64,000 nt of DNA from an uncultured Psychroserpens sp. (GTDB taxonomy: Bacteria > Bacteroidota > Bacteroidia > Flavobacteriales > Flavobacteriaceae), in the NCBI GenBank assembly GCA_947489585.1, contig CANLEE010000001.1, forward strand, positions 364,946 to 428,945, in the 5' to 3' direction. This document shows, one piece after another, positions 11,138-22,581 of the stretch. Positions within the stretch are counted from its first letter, which is position 1, and every line of letters begins with the position of its first letter. A program made the translations under genes and the position numbers. A model generated the notes under the pieces. That model was not told the DNA's origin and searched no databases. It saw nothing but the letters and a program-made list of their open reading frames with translations.

Positions 11138-12535
11138 TTATACGGTCTCTAATGTTTCTATAGTTTTAGTTATATCAACAATCTTACCTGCAACAGCTGT
11201 GGCAGCAGCTACTAACGGACTTGCTAATATAGTTCTAGCGCCTTGTCCTTGTCGACCCTCAAAGTTTCTGTTTGATGTAGACACACAATATTCGCCTTGC
11301 GGAATTTTATCATCATTCATCGCCAAACAGGCAGAGCAACCCGGTTGTCTAAGTTTAAAACCTGCATCTTCAAAAACGGTTTTTAATCCTTCATCAATGA
11401 TTTGAGTTTCGACTTGCTTACTTCCTGGCACCAACCAAGCGGTAACATTATCGGCTTTTTGTTTTCCTTTAATATAATTGGCAGCTACTCTAAAATCTTC
11501 AATTCTAGAATTGGTACAACTTCCAATAAACACATAATTAATAGGTGTATTAATCAAACTTTCACCAGCTTCAAAATCCATATACTCCAAAGATTTTTTG
11601 AATGAGGCGTCGGTTTTTGTGGGAATAAATTCTGAAATTTTGATACCCATTCCTGGATTAGTTCCATAGGTAATCATTGGTTCGATATCTTCGGCATCAA
11701 AAGTATACTCCTTATCAAATTGAGCATCTTTATCGGTTGGCAAGGTTTTCCAATAGGCTACTTTTTGATCAAACGCATCCCCTTTAGGTGCAAATTCTCT
11801 GCCTTTTATATAATTATATGTTGTTTCATCTGGAGCAATCATGCCGCCTCTTGCTCCCATTTCAATACTCATATTACATACGGTCATTCTACCTTCCATG
11901 CTCATGTTTTCAAAAACATCTCCAGCATATTCACAGAAATAACCTGTACCCGAATTTGTTCCTAATTTTGAAATGATATATAGAATAACATCTTTAGGTA
12001 AGACACCATTCTTTAATTTTCCATTAACCGTAACTCTTAAACTTTTTGGTTTTGTAAGCAATAAGCACTGACTCGCAAAAACCTGCGCTACCTGACTTGT
12101 TCCGATCCCAAAAGCAATTGTGCCAAAAGCACCATGTGTTGACGTATGACTATCACCACAAACCATCGTCATTCCTGGCTGGGTAACACCCAACTCAGGA
12201 GCCATTACATGAACAATACCATTATATTTATGGCCTAATTCATATAATGTGATGCCATTTGCTTTACAATTTTCAGAAAGCTGCGTTAACTGATTTCTAG
12301 ACAATTCATCTTTAACGGGTAAGTGCTGATTTTCTGTTGGTGTGTTATGATCTGCTGTTGCAACAATCTGATTTGGTCTAAAAATGGAAATGTCACGATC
12401 TCTCAATTCATTAAAAGCTTGAGGACTTGTCACTTCATGAATTAGATGTTTATCAATATATAATATTTGTGGTCCATTCTCAATAGAATCAACCACATGT
12501 GCATCCCAAACTTTGTCGAATAATGTTTTTCCCAT
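11138..12535 (-). CDS. leuC: 3-isopropylmalate dehydratase large subunit
   Basis: [54 protein letters not shown]. Confidence 0.98.
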   Translation of the reverse strand: MGKTLFDKVWDAHVVDSIENGPQILYIDKHLIHEVTSPQAFNELRDRDISIFRPNQIVATADHNTPTENQHLPVKDELSRNQLTQLSENCKANGITLYELGHKYNGIVHVMAPELGVTQPGMTMVCGDSHTSTHGAFGTIAFGIGTSQVAQVFASQCLLLTKPKSLRVTVNGKLKNGVLPKDVILYIISKLGTNSGTGYFCEYAGDVFENMSMEGRMTVCNMSIEMGARGGMIAPDETTYNYIKGREFAPKGDAFDQKVAYWKTLPTDKDAQFDKEYTFDAEDIEPMITYGTNPGMGIKISEFIPTKTDASFKKSLEYMDFEAGESLINTPINYVFIGSCTNSRIEDFRVAANYIKGKQKADNVTAWLVPGSKQVETQIIDEGLKTVFEDAGFKLRQPGCSACLAMNDDKIPQGEYCVSTSNRNFEGRQGQGARTILASPLVAAATAVAGKIVDITKTIETLETV

Positions 12536-13710
12536 TATGCAGAAATTATTTGTTGATACACGTTACTCGTCTCGATAATTTGATGAATATCATTATCATT
12601 TATTTCTTTCTTTTTATCTGCAAAACTCAAGAAATTTGCATAAATCTCATCCAATTGAATTTTGGTTAATTCATAACCTACATTTTTAGCTCTATAAGCC
12701 AAAGCTGCACGACCACTTCTCGCGGTAAGCACAATTGCCGATTCGGTTACACCAACATCTTTTGGATTAATAATTTCATATGTTTCACGATTTTTAATCA
12801 CACCATCTTGATGAATTCCTGAACTATGCGCAAAAGCATTAGCTCCAACAATCGCTTTATTTGGTTGTGTATAAATACCCATACTATCACTTACCAATTG
12901 GCTCATACCATACAACATAGAGGTATTGATATTGGTGTCTAAATTTAGATATGGATGTTGTTTTAAAACCATTACCACTTCTTCTAAAGCTGTGTTTCCT
13001 GCACGCTCTCCAATACCGTTGATAGTACATTCTATTTGTCGTGCCCCATTAATAACACCTTCTATAGAATTAGCTGTTGCTAAACCAAGATCATTATGAC
13101 AGTGACAAGACAAAATAGCTTTTTCAATGCCTTTTACGTTTTCTTTTAAATACTTGATTTTTGCACCATATTCACTAGGCAAGCAATATCCAGTAGTGTC
13201 TGGAATATTCAAGACAGTTGCGCCTGCTTTTATAACAGCCTCACAAACTCTAGCTAAATATTCGTTGTCTGTTCTTCCAGCATCTTCAGCATAAAACTCA
13301 ACATCTTCTACAAATGATTTAGAATATTTTACAGCTCTTACAGCACGTTCAATAATAGCTTCTCGACTACTTTTAAATTTATGTTTGATATGCGAATCTG
13401 AAGTGCCAATTCCAGTATGGATTCTAGCATGTTTAGCATATGTTAACGCTTCTGCTGCAACTTTAATATCATTTTCTACTGAACGTGTCAAACCACAAAC
13501 AGTAGCATTTTTAACGATTTTGGATATCGCTTCAACTGATTTAAAATCACCTGGACTTGATACCGGAAAACCAGCTTCAATCACATCAACACCCAGTACA
13601 TCTAATTGCTCAGCAATAATAACTTTTTGTTCTGTATTGAGTTTACACCCTGGAACTTGCTCTCCATCACGAAGTGTTGTATCGAAAATTTTTACGTTGG
13701 AATCAGACAT
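12535..13710 (-). CDS. leuA: 2-isopropylmalate synthase (short form without the C-terminal regulatory domain)
   Basis: [35 protein letters not shown]; 391 aa. Confidence 0.96.
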   Translation of the reverse strand: MSDSNVKIFDTTLRDGEQVPGCKLNTEQKVIIAEQLDVLGVDVIEAGFPVSSPGDFKSVEAISKIVKNATVCGLTRSVENDIKVAAEALTYAKHARIHTGIGTSDSHIKHKFKSSREAIIERAVRAVKYSKSFVEDVEFYAEDAGRTDNEYLARVCEAVIKAGATVLNIPDTTGYCLPSEYGAKIKYLKENVKGIEKAILSCHCHNDLGLATANSIEGVINGARQIECTINGIGERAGNTALEEVVMVLKQHPYLNLDTNINTSMLYGMSQLVSDSMGIYTQPNKAIVGANAFAHSSGIHQDGVIKNRETYEIINPKDVGVTESAIVLTARSGRAALAYRAKNVGYELTKIQLDEIYANFLSFADKKKEINDNDIHQIIETSNVYQQIISA

Positions 13711-13854
13711 TTATTAAAATATATTTTTCTATTGTCTTACGAATGTATATTTTGGAAATGTTTTAATAAGTATTGGACGAGTTAGTTTTACGATGTTCAA
13801 ACATTAATCTATTGATTAAAATATTGATTTTCAACATTTTACAACACTATTCAT

Positions 13855-15402
13855 TTGATGACTAAGGATCAAAAAGATAATTTGTTTTTATTAATTAAAT
13901 CGCTTTCAAAATCTGAAAAGCGTCAATTTAAATTATATGTTGGGAGGCTAGGCGTAAATTCTGATTCAAAATTTCTAAACCTTTTTAACCTTCTGGATAA
14001 ATCTAGTGCTTATAATGAAACTGCAATTTTAAAAAGTGAAATTGTAAAAAAACAGCAATTAGCAAATGTAAAATCGCATTTGTATAAGCAGATTTTAATT
14101 AGCTTAAAACTCAACCCTTCTCATCAAAATATTAGATCCCAAATTAGAGAGCAATTAGATTTTGCTTCTATTTTATATCATAAAGGATTATACAAACAGA
14201 GTTTGAAAATTTTAGATAAAGCAAAGGATGTTGCAATTCAAAATGAAGAAAAAAATCTGGCTTTTGAAATTGTAGAACTCGAAAAAATCATAGAAGCACA
14301 ATACATTACCAGAAGCATTAGTACAAGAGCAGATGAACTAACTATACAAGCTAAAGAGTTAAGTTCGCTTAATGTAACAGCAAGCAAACTCTCTAATTTA
14401 TCACTTCAACTTTACAGCATTATTTTAAAAACAGGTTATGTTAAGAATGAAGAAGAAAGCAAAGCAGTTACTAAATATTTCAATGACAGACTCCCTAAAG
14501 TAAAATTATCTCAACTCGGGTTTAGAGAAAAATTATGGCTATACAAGGCACATTTATGGTATAGCTTTTTAATGCAAGATTTTTTAAACTGCTACAGGTA
14601 CGCTTCAAAATGTGTAGATTTATTTTCGCAGTATCCAAAAATGATTAATTTAAATCCCGTATTTTATTTAAAAGGAAACAATTATTTACTTGAGTCTATT
14701 TTCTTTATCAAAAACAAGCCTAAATTTTTAGAGGCACTTTCAAATTTAAAATCAAAAGTTGAAGACAAATCGTTTCCAAATGATGAAAATATTCAAACAT
14801 TAAGTTTTTTATATTTAAACTTTCACGACATTAATAAACACTTTATTGATGGTAGTTTCTATGAAGGTCTAGACTTGATTCCAAAAATCGAAAAAGATTT
14901 AACCTTATATCGAAATCGCATAGATGACCATCACAAAATGATATTTTATTACAAGTTTGCTAGTATGCATTTTGGTACCGGAAACAATAAAGAGTGTATA
15001 AAATATTTGGATAAAATTATTTCCAATAAATCATTATCTATGCGTGAAGACTTATTGTGCTTCTCAAGAGTTCTAAATCTTGTAGCACATTATGAAGCTG
15101 GTTTAGATTACCATTTAGACACCTTACTAAGAACGACTTACAAATTTTTGATTAAGATGAATGAACTTCACGAAGTGCAAAAGGAGATGATAAAATTCAT
15201 CAAAGGATTACAAGATATTTATCCTCATGAACTTAAAAATGCATTTAAAAAATTACATGCTACGCTTAAGCAATATGAAGATCACCCATTTGAAAGACGA
15301 GCCTTTTTATATTTAGATATTATTTCATGGCTTGAGAGCAAAATAACGAATACACCAGTAGACAAAATTATAAGAGACAAATACTTGAACGAGTATTCTT
15401 AA
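13855..15402 (+). CDS. Conserved Bacteroidota all-helical (TPR-like) protein of unknown function
   Basis: 515-aa ORF with LIKSLSKSEKRQFK N-terminus and repeated amphipathic helices; divergent from leuA. Confidence 0.7.
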   Translation: MMTKDQKDNLFLLIKSLSKSEKRQFKLYVGRLGVNSDSKFLNLFNLLDKSSAYNETAILKSEIVKKQQLANVKSHLYKQILISLKLNPSHQNIRSQIREQLDFASILYHKGLYKQSLKILDKAKDVAIQNEEKNLAFEIVELEKIIEAQYITRSISTRADELTIQAKELSSLNVTASKLSNLSLQLYSIILKTGYVKNEEESKAVTKYFNDRLPKVKLSQLGFREKLWLYKAHLWYSFLMQDFLNCYRYASKCVDLFSQYPKMINLNPVFYLKGNNYLLESIFFIKNKPKFLEALSNLKSKVEDKSFPNDENIQTLSFLYLNFHDINKHFIDGSFYEGLDLIPKIEKDLTLYRNRIDDHHKMIFYYKFASMHFGTGNNKECIKYLDKIISNKSLSMREDLLCFSRVLNLVAHYEAGLDYHLDTLLRTTYKFLIKMNELHEVQKEMIKFIKGLQDIYPHELKNAFKKLHATLKQYEDHPFERRAFLYLDIISWLESKITNTPVDKIIRDKYLNEYS

Positions 15403-15427
15403 TAGACTACAAATAATATCAAATAGT

Positions 15428-16240
15428 TTAGATTTTAATTCGAAAACAATCTGCCATCATTTTGTATAACTCAGGATGTTTACGCTTCATTAATTTAGGG
15501 GTTTCAAAAAAATATTCTGAAGCGACTGCAAAAAACTCAGCTTGTTTTGTTCCTCCATAAGCTCTAATATCAGATTTATTATTATTAATAGCTTCCATCT
15601 CATCGTGCACCAGCTTTAACCAAGGAATAGTATAGGCGTTTTGCATTAGTATTTCAGGAATACCATCAATTTTATCATCCATTTTATCAATTAAATGCAC
15701 AAATTCATGAATAGCCGTATTGCGTTTGTCATTAGAATTCTTAAAACCATGATATAAGGCCTTTTTAGACAAAATCATTTTCCCTTCTAATCGACCTGTA
15801 CCTACAACACCAGCAATTCGTTTAGATTTACTTTTATCTGAAAATTCAAAATCTTCATTAAAATTATCTGGATATAATAAAATCCCACTAACCGTTGGAT
15901 AATGCCATTCTTTAAATGAAAATACAGGAATTACAGCACTGGAAGCTATCAAAATTTTATCAAGTTCGGTAATCTCTACATCAACACTATCAATATAAAC
16001 TTCACTTAAAAATTGCATCATTCGGTTTTGAAAACGCTTTTGTTCATTAGTATTCAATCTTTTGTAGAATGCAACTTCTTTTAATAGAACAGTATGCCAA
16101 TGCTCTGGGAATTGTTCTACACGCTTTGAATACTTATTAAAGAACACATAAATAACAAAAATCAAAAGAGCAATAAAGATGATGATATATAGCATAAATA
16201 AGTTTTGATTAATTAAAACTCCTAATCTAATGATTTTCAA
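15428..16240 (-). CDS. Zinc-dependent peptidase, M90/MtfA family
   Basis: N-terminal membrane anchor, HEFVH zinc motif, AEFFAVASEYFFE. Confidence 0.85.
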   Translation of the reverse strand: MKIIRLGVLINQNLFMLYIIIFIALLIFVIYVFFNKYSKRVEQFPEHWHTVLLKEVAFYKRLNTNEQKRFQNRMMQFLSEVYIDSVDVEITELDKILIASSAVIPVFSFKEWHYPTVSGILLYPDNFNEDFEFSDKSKSKRIAGVVGTGRLEGKMILSKKALYHGFKNSNDKRNTAIHEFVHLIDKMDDKIDGIPEILMQNAYTIPWLKLVHDEMEAINNNKSDIRAYGGTKQAEFFAVASEYFFETPKLMKRKHPELYKMMADCFRIKI

Positions 16241-16302
16241 ACTTTTTAAGCTTAAATCTAGTAAAAATGAATATCTTTAATTGAACACTCTACCAATCAA
16301 AA

Positions 16303-17757
16303 ATGAAAAAGTCATACATAGATTTACACTGCCATCCAGCATTAAAACCTTTCGGAAAGAGTTTTAAGTATTCTCCTACCAAACAAAATAATCTTAATAG
16401 TGGTAGAAAAAACTCCATTTGGCATTATAGCCCACCAAATTTTGTAGAACGACAATTCAATAAAATATTAACGTTGACAAAATTCACGCAAACCGATTTG
16501 ACCGCTTTAGCGAAAGCCAATTGCAACGTTGTTGTGATAGCCCTATATCCTTTTGAAAAACACTTCTTAAAAGACAAAATGTTAGGTGTAAAATTTCTTC
16601 CAGATTTATTAGTCAATCTGGCCGCAGGCGTGAGCCAAAAACGTATTGATAATTTGAGAAATCACAACAGTTATTTTCAAGATTTAAAAGACGAATACGA
16701 TTTCTACAAGCAATTAGATAATTTTGCTCAAATCATTGACGGTGTCACTTACACATATCGCTTAGTCAATAATTACACAGAAATATCAACTAATATCACC
16801 ACCTCAACTTCAGATAGAAAAATCATAAGCCTCGTCCCTACTATTGAAGGCGGTCATGCATTTGAAACAGGTTTAGATAAAGACAAAGATACAGCCAATG
16901 AAACAACGGTTTTAAATAATATAGACACTGTAAAAAACTGGGAACATAAACCTTTTTTCTTAACCTTAGCACATCATTTTTATAATGAAATTTGTGGTCA
17001 TGCTAGAAGCATCAGTATTGGATTGATAAAGAAGAATCAAAATCGCGGACTTAACACTGATATTACCGATTTAGGGTTTAAGGTCATTGATAAATTATTA
17101 GACAATTCTGATAACAAACGCATTCTCATTGATATCAAACATATGAGTACTGCAGCTAGAAAAACATACTATAAACTATTAGAAACCACTTATGCAAATG
17201 AAAACATACCTATAATAGTGAGCCATGGTGCAGCTAATGGAAGACGTTCTATTGTAGAATGGGATGTTTCTGACTCAAAGCAAAGTCAATATTTCACACA
17301 AGATGACATTAATATTTATGATTCTGAAATCTTGCGTATTGCAAAATCAAAAGGTATTTTTGGCTTGCAATTAGATGAACGACGCATAGCCAGTAAAAAA
17401 GCAATTGCAAGTTCTAGAATCTATTGGCCTAGTAAAAAGAGACGTTATAGAAATAAAGCCGATTTAATCTGGAGACAAATTAGGCATATTGCTGAATTGT
17501 TAGATAAAAATGGATTATTTTGCTGGGAAACTATAGCCATTGGCTCAGATTTTGACGGCATTGTAAATCCGATAAAAGGTCTTTGGACGGCTGAGAACCT
17601 TAAAGATATCAAACCCTATCTTATTGAAAAGGCGGAGGATTATCTTAAAAAATATAAGTCAAACTTGCAACCACAAAATCAAATTTCAGCAAGTGAAATT
17701 ATAGATCGTGTGTTATTTATAAATGCAAATGAATTTTTAAAGACATACTTCAAGTAA
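16303..17757 (+). CDS. M19-like (membrane dipeptidase) amidohydrolase
   Basis: DLHCH, TIEGGH, IDIKHMS, SHG and IGSDFDG metal-ligand motifs. Confidence 0.75.
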   Translation: MKKSYIDLHCHPALKPFGKSFKYSPTKQNNLNSGRKNSIWHYSPPNFVERQFNKILTLTKFTQTDLTALAKANCNVVVIALYPFEKHFLKDKMLGVKFLPDLLVNLAAGVSQKRIDNLRNHNSYFQDLKDEYDFYKQLDNFAQIIDGVTYTYRLVNNYTEISTNITTSTSDRKIISLVPTIEGGHAFETGLDKDKDTANETTVLNNIDTVKNWEHKPFFLTLAHHFYNEICGHARSISIGLIKKNQNRGLNTDITDLGFKVIDKLLDNSDNKRILIDIKHMSTAARKTYYKLLETTYANENIPIIVSHGAANGRRSIVEWDVSDSKQSQYFTQDDINIYDSEILRIAKSKGIFGLQLDERRIASKKAIASSRIYWPSKKRRYRNKADLIWRQIRHIAELLDKNGLFCWETIAIGSDFDGIVNPIKGLWTAENLKDIKPYLIEKAEDYLKKYKSNLQPQNQISASEIIDRVLFINANEFLKTYFK

Positions 17758-17779
17758 TAATAAAATTATTCAGAAAAAT

Positions 17780-18253
17780 ATGACAGATAAAGAGATATTC
17801 ATGAAAGAGGCGGTTAATGCTGCTCTAAAAGGAATGAACAATAATGAAGGTGGCCCTTTTGGATGTGTCATTGTTAAAGATGGCAAAATCATAGGACGAG
17901 GCAATAATAAAGTAACATCTACTAATGACCCAACTGCTCACGCCGAAGTGACTGCAATAAGAGACGCTTGTAAAAACCTAGATTCATTTCAATTAGAAGG
18001 CTGTGAAATTTACACCTCTTGTGAACCTTGCCCAATGTGTTTAGGTGCTATTTATTGGGCACGACCAGACAAAGTATATTATGGAAGCAATCAAGTTGAC
18101 GCTGCAAATATTGGCTTTGACGACGAGTTTATTTATAAAGAAATTCCATTACCATACGAAAAACGAAGCATCCCGTTTGAACAATTAGCTCGAGAGATTG
18201 CATTAAAACCATTTCAGGAATGGACTAAAAAAGAAGATAAAACTGAATACTAA
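17780..18253 (+). CDS. guaD: Guanine deaminase (cytidine-deaminase fold, B. subtilis GuaD type)
   Basis: GGPFG, DPTAHAEV, EPCPMCLGAIYWAR, GFDD; directly upstream of xdhA. Confidence 0.85.
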   Translation: MTDKEIFMKEAVNAALKGMNNNEGGPFGCVIVKDGKIIGRGNNKVTSTNDPTAHAEVTAIRDACKNLDSFQLEGCEIYTSCEPCPMCLGAIYWARPDKVYYGSNQVDAANIGFDDEFIYKEIPLPYEKRSIPFEQLAREIALKPFQEWTKKEDKTEY

Positions 18254-18256
18254 TCA

Positions 18257-19669
18257 ATGATAAGCTTCATCCTCAATAATAAAACCATTAAAACACAAGA
18301 GCATTCTGGAATGACCTTACTTGATTTTGTGCGCTATGAACAACGTTTAACAGGTACCAAAATTGGTTGTCGCGAAGGCGATTGTGGTGCTTGTACAGTT
18401 TTGGTTGGAACTTTAAAGAATAACACTATTGAATACCAAAGTATTACATCGTGTATTTCACCTTTAGGAAATGCACATGGCAAGCATATTGTAACCGTTG
18501 AAGGCACGAATCTTAAAAACAAACTAACAACAGCGCAAGAAGCTATGAAAGCTAATTACGCAACACAATGTGGCTTCTGCACACCTGGATTTGTGGTATC
18601 ATTAACAGGCTTTGCTTTGTCAAATTCTGAAAAAAATTATAGTAATGCCTTGGATGCTATTAGTGGAAACATATGCAGATGTACTGGCTACAAAGCAATA
18701 GAAAAAGCAGCATATCAAGTCGTAGAACATTTAAAAGAGCACAAAGATTTACAGCCCTTTAGTTGGTTAATTGAAAACGGATTTATTCCTGAGTATTTCT
18801 CAACAATAACTGAACGTTTAAAAGATTTAGAAGTCAAAGACATCAATCAACCGAAAGGAAAATATGTGTCAGGCGGAACCGATTTATATGTGCAGCAAGC
18901 CGATCATTTAGCTGATAATTCAGTACATCTTATTGCTGAAAAAGATTATCTAAAAGGAATTCGTATTGAAGATAACATCTGTACAATTGGCACCAATTCA
19001 ACTGTATCTGACTTATGGAATCACAGTAAAATTAATAGCTATTTTCCTAATCTAAAGAAACATCTCAAGCTAGTTTCTTCTGAACAAATTAGAAACATGG
19101 CATCATTTGGCGGCAACTTGGTCAATGCCTCTCCAATTGGTGATATGACCATTTTCTTTTTAGCTCTTGATAGTGATATTACAATAACAGATGCAGATGA
19201 TAACGAACGTGTTGTTTCACTAAAAAACTTCTATCAATCTTATAAAACTTACGATTTAAAAGATGGTGAACTTTTAAAAAACATCCACTTTAAATTACCA
19301 AATAAGCAATCATTTTTCAATTTCGAAAAAGTCTGTAAGCGAACACATTTAGATATTGCAAGTGTCAATTCAGCTATTCATATATCTATTGAGAATAATA
19401 CTATTTCAGAAGCACATGTATCAATTGGTGGTGTAGCTGCTATCCCAAAATATCTACACGAAACTTCAAAGTTTTTAACTGGAAAACTGTTGTCTTCAAA
19501 CACGATACTTGAAGCAAGCAAGGTACTTCAAAATGAAATTTCGCCTATAAGTGATGTTCGTGGAACTAGTGATTATAAACGTCTTTTAGGGCGACAACTG
19601 TTCTTTGCACATTTCACAGAATTATTTCCGAAGCAATTCACTTTAAACGATTTTGTACACCATGCATAA
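18257..19669 (+). CDS. xdhA: Xanthine dehydrogenase small subunit (2Fe-2S + FAD)
   Basis: GCREGDCGAC, QCGFCTPG, GNICRCTGY, GGTDL, NASPIGD. Confidence 0.93.
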   Translation: MISFILNNKTIKTQEHSGMTLLDFVRYEQRLTGTKIGCREGDCGACTVLVGTLKNNTIEYQSITSCISPLGNAHGKHIVTVEGTNLKNKLTTAQEAMKANYATQCGFCTPGFVVSLTGFALSNSEKNYSNALDAISGNICRCTGYKAIEKAAYQVVEHLKEHKDLQPFSWLIENGFIPEYFSTITERLKDLEVKDINQPKGKYVSGGTDLYVQQADHLADNSVHLIAEKDYLKGIRIEDNICTIGTNSTVSDLWNHSKINSYFPNLKKHLKLVSSEQIRNMASFGGNLVNASPIGDMTIFFLALDSDITITDADDNERVVSLKNFYQSYKTYDLKDGELLKNIHFKLPNKQSFFNFEKVCKRTHLDIASVNSAIHISIENNTISEAHVSIGGVAAIPKYLHETSKFLTGKLLSSNTILEASKVLQNEISPISDVRGTSDYKRLLGRQLFFAHFTELFPKQFTLNDFVHHA

Positions 19670-21995
19670 GCACAAACCAAATAACAGATTAGATTCTAAA
19701 TTAGATGCGGTATCAATTTCGATAAAACAAAGCATTAAAAATTTAGATTCATTCACTCATGTTCGTGGCGAATCACTGTATGTCGATGATGTTAATATCA
19801 GACAAGGCACATTTCACGCCGTTGTTTTTGATTCACCTAAAGCGCATGGTAAAATAACACATATCGATTATTCTAAAGCAGAAGCATTAGAAGGTGTTGA
19901 ACGCATTTTTACCTATAAAGATATTCCAGGTAAAAATCAAATTGGAGGTATCATACCTGACGAACCTTTATTTGCTGAAGACGACGTCCATTTTTGGGGA
20001 ATGCCAATTGCATTGATTGTTGCCCAATCTGAATTCATAGCTAGAAAAGCAAGAGACTTAATTGAAATCGAAATTGAAGAGTTGCCAGTTATCACTACTG
20101 CAAAACAAGCCAAAGCAAAAGGAAGTTTCATTAATGCGCCAAGATCATTTACTATGGGTGATACTGAAAAAGGCTTCAATAATTGTGACTATATTTATGA
20201 AGGTGAAACCTTCTCAAACGGACAAGAGCATTTATATATTGAATCTCAAGGCGCCTATGCCGAACCTTTAGAAAACGGAAACATAAAAATCACCTCTTCA
20301 ACGCAAGGACCTACAGCTGTTCAAAAAACGGTTGCTCAGGTTTTGGGTGTTGCTATGCATAAAATTGAAGTCGATGTCACGCGTCTTGGTGGTGGATTTG
20401 GAGGCAAAGAAGATCAAGCGACACCATGGGCTGTGATGGCTGCTCTAGCAACTTATCATTTAAATCAGTCGGTAAAATTGATATTAAATCGACATGATGA
20501 TTTACGAATGACAGGGAAACGCCATCCTTATGAAAGCACATATAAAATTGGATTATCAAAAGACTTAAAAATTTTAGCTTACGAAGCAGAGTTTCTTCAA
20601 AATTCTGGTGCTGCAGCCGATTTATCGCCAGCAATTGCTGAACGCACTTTGTTTCACGCAACCAACAGTTATTTTGTTCCAAATGTGGAAACCACAGTTA
20701 TCAGTTGCAAAACAAATCTACCTCCAAATACAGCCTTTCGTGGATTTGGAGGACCACAAGGCATGTTTGTCATAGAATCTGCCATTGCAAAGGCGGCATA
20801 TGAAATTGGCGTGTCTCCTAGAGCTATTCAAGAGGCTAATCTATTAAATGAGAATGACACCTTTTCTTATGGTCAAATTGCCAAAAAAGTAGAAGCTAAA
20901 AACACTTGGGATTCTGCGAAAGCTATATTCAATAGTGAAGCTTTAGAATTGGAGGTAGAAAATTTCAATAAGAACAATTCAAACTTCAAAAAAGGACTAG
21001 CTTTTATGCCAATCACTTTTGGTATTTCATTTACGAATACACCAATGAATCATGCTCGTGCTTTGGTTCATATCTATTTAGATGGAAGCGTTGGAATAAG
21101 TACTGCTGCCGTTGAAATGGGACAAGGCGTCAATACTAAAATGATGCAAATTGCTGCACAAGTGTTTTCCATTCCTATTGAAAAAATAAAGATTGAAACC
21201 ACCAATACAACTCGAGTGGCAAACACCTCTCCTTCTGCCGCAAGTTCTACAGCAGATTTAAACGGAAAAGCGACATTAAAAGCTTGTAATGCTTTACTCA
21301 AAAGGTTAAAGCAAGTTGCTTCTGAAGATTTAGACGTTTCCGAAGAACATATCGAATTGAAAGATGAATATGTTTATATCAATAATAAAAAATCAGAGTT
21401 ATCATGGACAGAACTCATCAATAAAACAATGCTTAAACGTGTGGCTTTAACAGAGAATGCACATTATGCAACTCCTGAAATTCACTTTGATAAAACCAAA
21501 GAAAAAGGACACCCTTTTGCCTATCACGTCTACGGAACAGCTATCATTACAACAACTGTAGATTGTACTCGTGGCACTTATGAATTTGACTCAGTTAAAA
21601 TTGTTCATGACTATGGAAAAAGTATGAGTGAAGGTATTGATCTAGGTCAAGTTGAAGGTGCATTAGTTCAAGGCATAGGTTGGATGACAATGGAAGAGAT
21701 TGCCTATAATGATGAAGGCCGATTACAGTCTAACGCCTTATCAACCTATAAAATTCCAGATATCTTTTCGGTGCCTAAAATTGTAGATGTAATTCCTGTA
21801 GAAACTAAAGGTCACGACTTAGCTATTTTAAAATCTAAAGCTGTTGGAGAACCACCATTGATGTATGGTATTGGCGCTTATTTTGCACTTCAGAATGCAA
21901 TAAAAGCCTTCAATCCAAAATACAATTTAAAATTTCACGCCCCAATGACTCCTGAAAAGGTGCTGATGAGTTTATACGAAAACAATCACGTTTAA
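19662..21995 (+). CDS. xdhB: Xanthine dehydrogenase molybdopterin-binding subunit
   Basis: QEHLYIE, GGGFGGKE, AFRGFGGPQG, EMGQG, KAVGEPP with catalytic Glu. ATG at 19662 overlaps the xdhA stop. Confidence 0.95.
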   Translation: MHKHKPNNRLDSKLDAVSISIKQSIKNLDSFTHVRGESLYVDDVNIRQGTFHAVVFDSPKAHGKITHIDYSKAEALEGVERIFTYKDIPGKNQIGGIIPDEPLFAEDDVHFWGMPIALIVAQSEFIARKARDLIEIEIEELPVITTAKQAKAKGSFINAPRSFTMGDTEKGFNNCDYIYEGETFSNGQEHLYIESQGAYAEPLENGNIKITSSTQGPTAVQKTVAQVLGVAMHKIEVDVTRLGGGFGGKEDQATPWAVMAALATYHLNQSVKLILNRHDDLRMTGKRHPYESTYKIGLSKDLKILAYEAEFLQNSGAAADLSPAIAERTLFHATNSYFVPNVETTVISCKTNLPPNTAFRGFGGPQGMFVIESAIAKAAYEIGVSPRAIQEANLLNENDTFSYGQIAKKVEAKNTWDSAKAIFNSEALELEVENFNKNNSNFKKGLAFMPITFGISFTNTPMNHARALVHIYLDGSVGISTAAVEMGQGVNTKMMQIAAQVFSIPIEKIKIETTNTTRVANTSPSAASSTADLNGKATLKACNALLKRLKQVASEDLDVSEEHIELKDEYVYINNKKSELSWTELINKTMLKRVALTENAHYATPEIHFDKTKEKGHPFAYHVYGTAIITTTVDCTRGTYEFDSVKIVHDYGKSMSEGIDLGQVEGALVQGIGWMTMEEIAYNDEGRLQSNALSTYKIPDIFSVPKIVDVIPVETKGHDLAILKSKAVGEPPLMYGIGAYFALQNAIKAFNPKYNLKFHAPMTPEKVLMSLYENNHV

Positions 21996-21998
21996 AGT

Positions 21999-22568
21999 AT
22001 GAAAGTAGAAATAAACGAGACTATTTTTGATACGTTCCCAGAATTAGAAAGTGAACGATTACTTTATAAAGCTTATAAAAAAGAAGATGCTAAAACGCTT
22101 TTGAATATGAGAAGCCACAAAGCTGTTTCAAAGTATATGGATACAACAATTCCAAAACGTGTTGAAGACACAGAAAAACGAATTGAAGGGTATCAAAATG
22201 CATTCAATGAAAATAAAGGAATCACTTGGGCTATTATTGAAAAAATAAGCAATCATCTTATAGGTGATTTTGGTATTTGGCGAATTGATAGACAAAATTG
22301 CAGAGGCGAAATTGGTTATATTTTACATCCCGATTTTTGGAAAAAAGGCTATATGACCGAAGCCATGAATACATTAATTCGTTATGGATTTAACGAATTA
22401 AATCTTCATAGTTATGAAGCCAATGTGAATATTAACAATGAAAACTCAAAAGCCTTATTGCTTAAGTTTGGGTTTAAATTGGAAGCTCATTTTAGGGAAA
22501 ATTTTTACTATGACGGTCAGTTTTTAGATAGTGAGATCTATTGTTTGATAAAATCAGACATCACATAA
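21999..22568 (+). CDS. GNAT N-acetyltransferase, RimJ/RimL family
   Basis: FPELESERL, EIGYILHPDFWKKGYMTEA, NENSKALLLKFGF. Confidence 0.85.
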   Translation: MKVEINETIFDTFPELESERLLYKAYKKEDAKTLLNMRSHKAVSKYMDTTIPKRVEDTEKRIEGYQNAFNENKGITWAIIEKISNHLIGDFGIWRIDRQNCRGEIGYILHPDFWKKGYMTEAMNTLIRYGFNELNLHSYEANVNINNENSKALLLKFGFKLEAHFRENFYYDGQFLDSEIYCLIKSDIT

Positions 22569-22581
22569 TTAGTATTCATTT

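Noticed and set aside
13711-13854. Leucine attenuator or leader peptide upstream of leuA
   Set aside because: No Leu-rich short ORF and no terminator/antiterminator pair is visible.
15428-16240. MtfA acting as Mlc titration factor
   Set aside because: That role is specific to enteric PTS regulation; only the peptidase motif is supported here.
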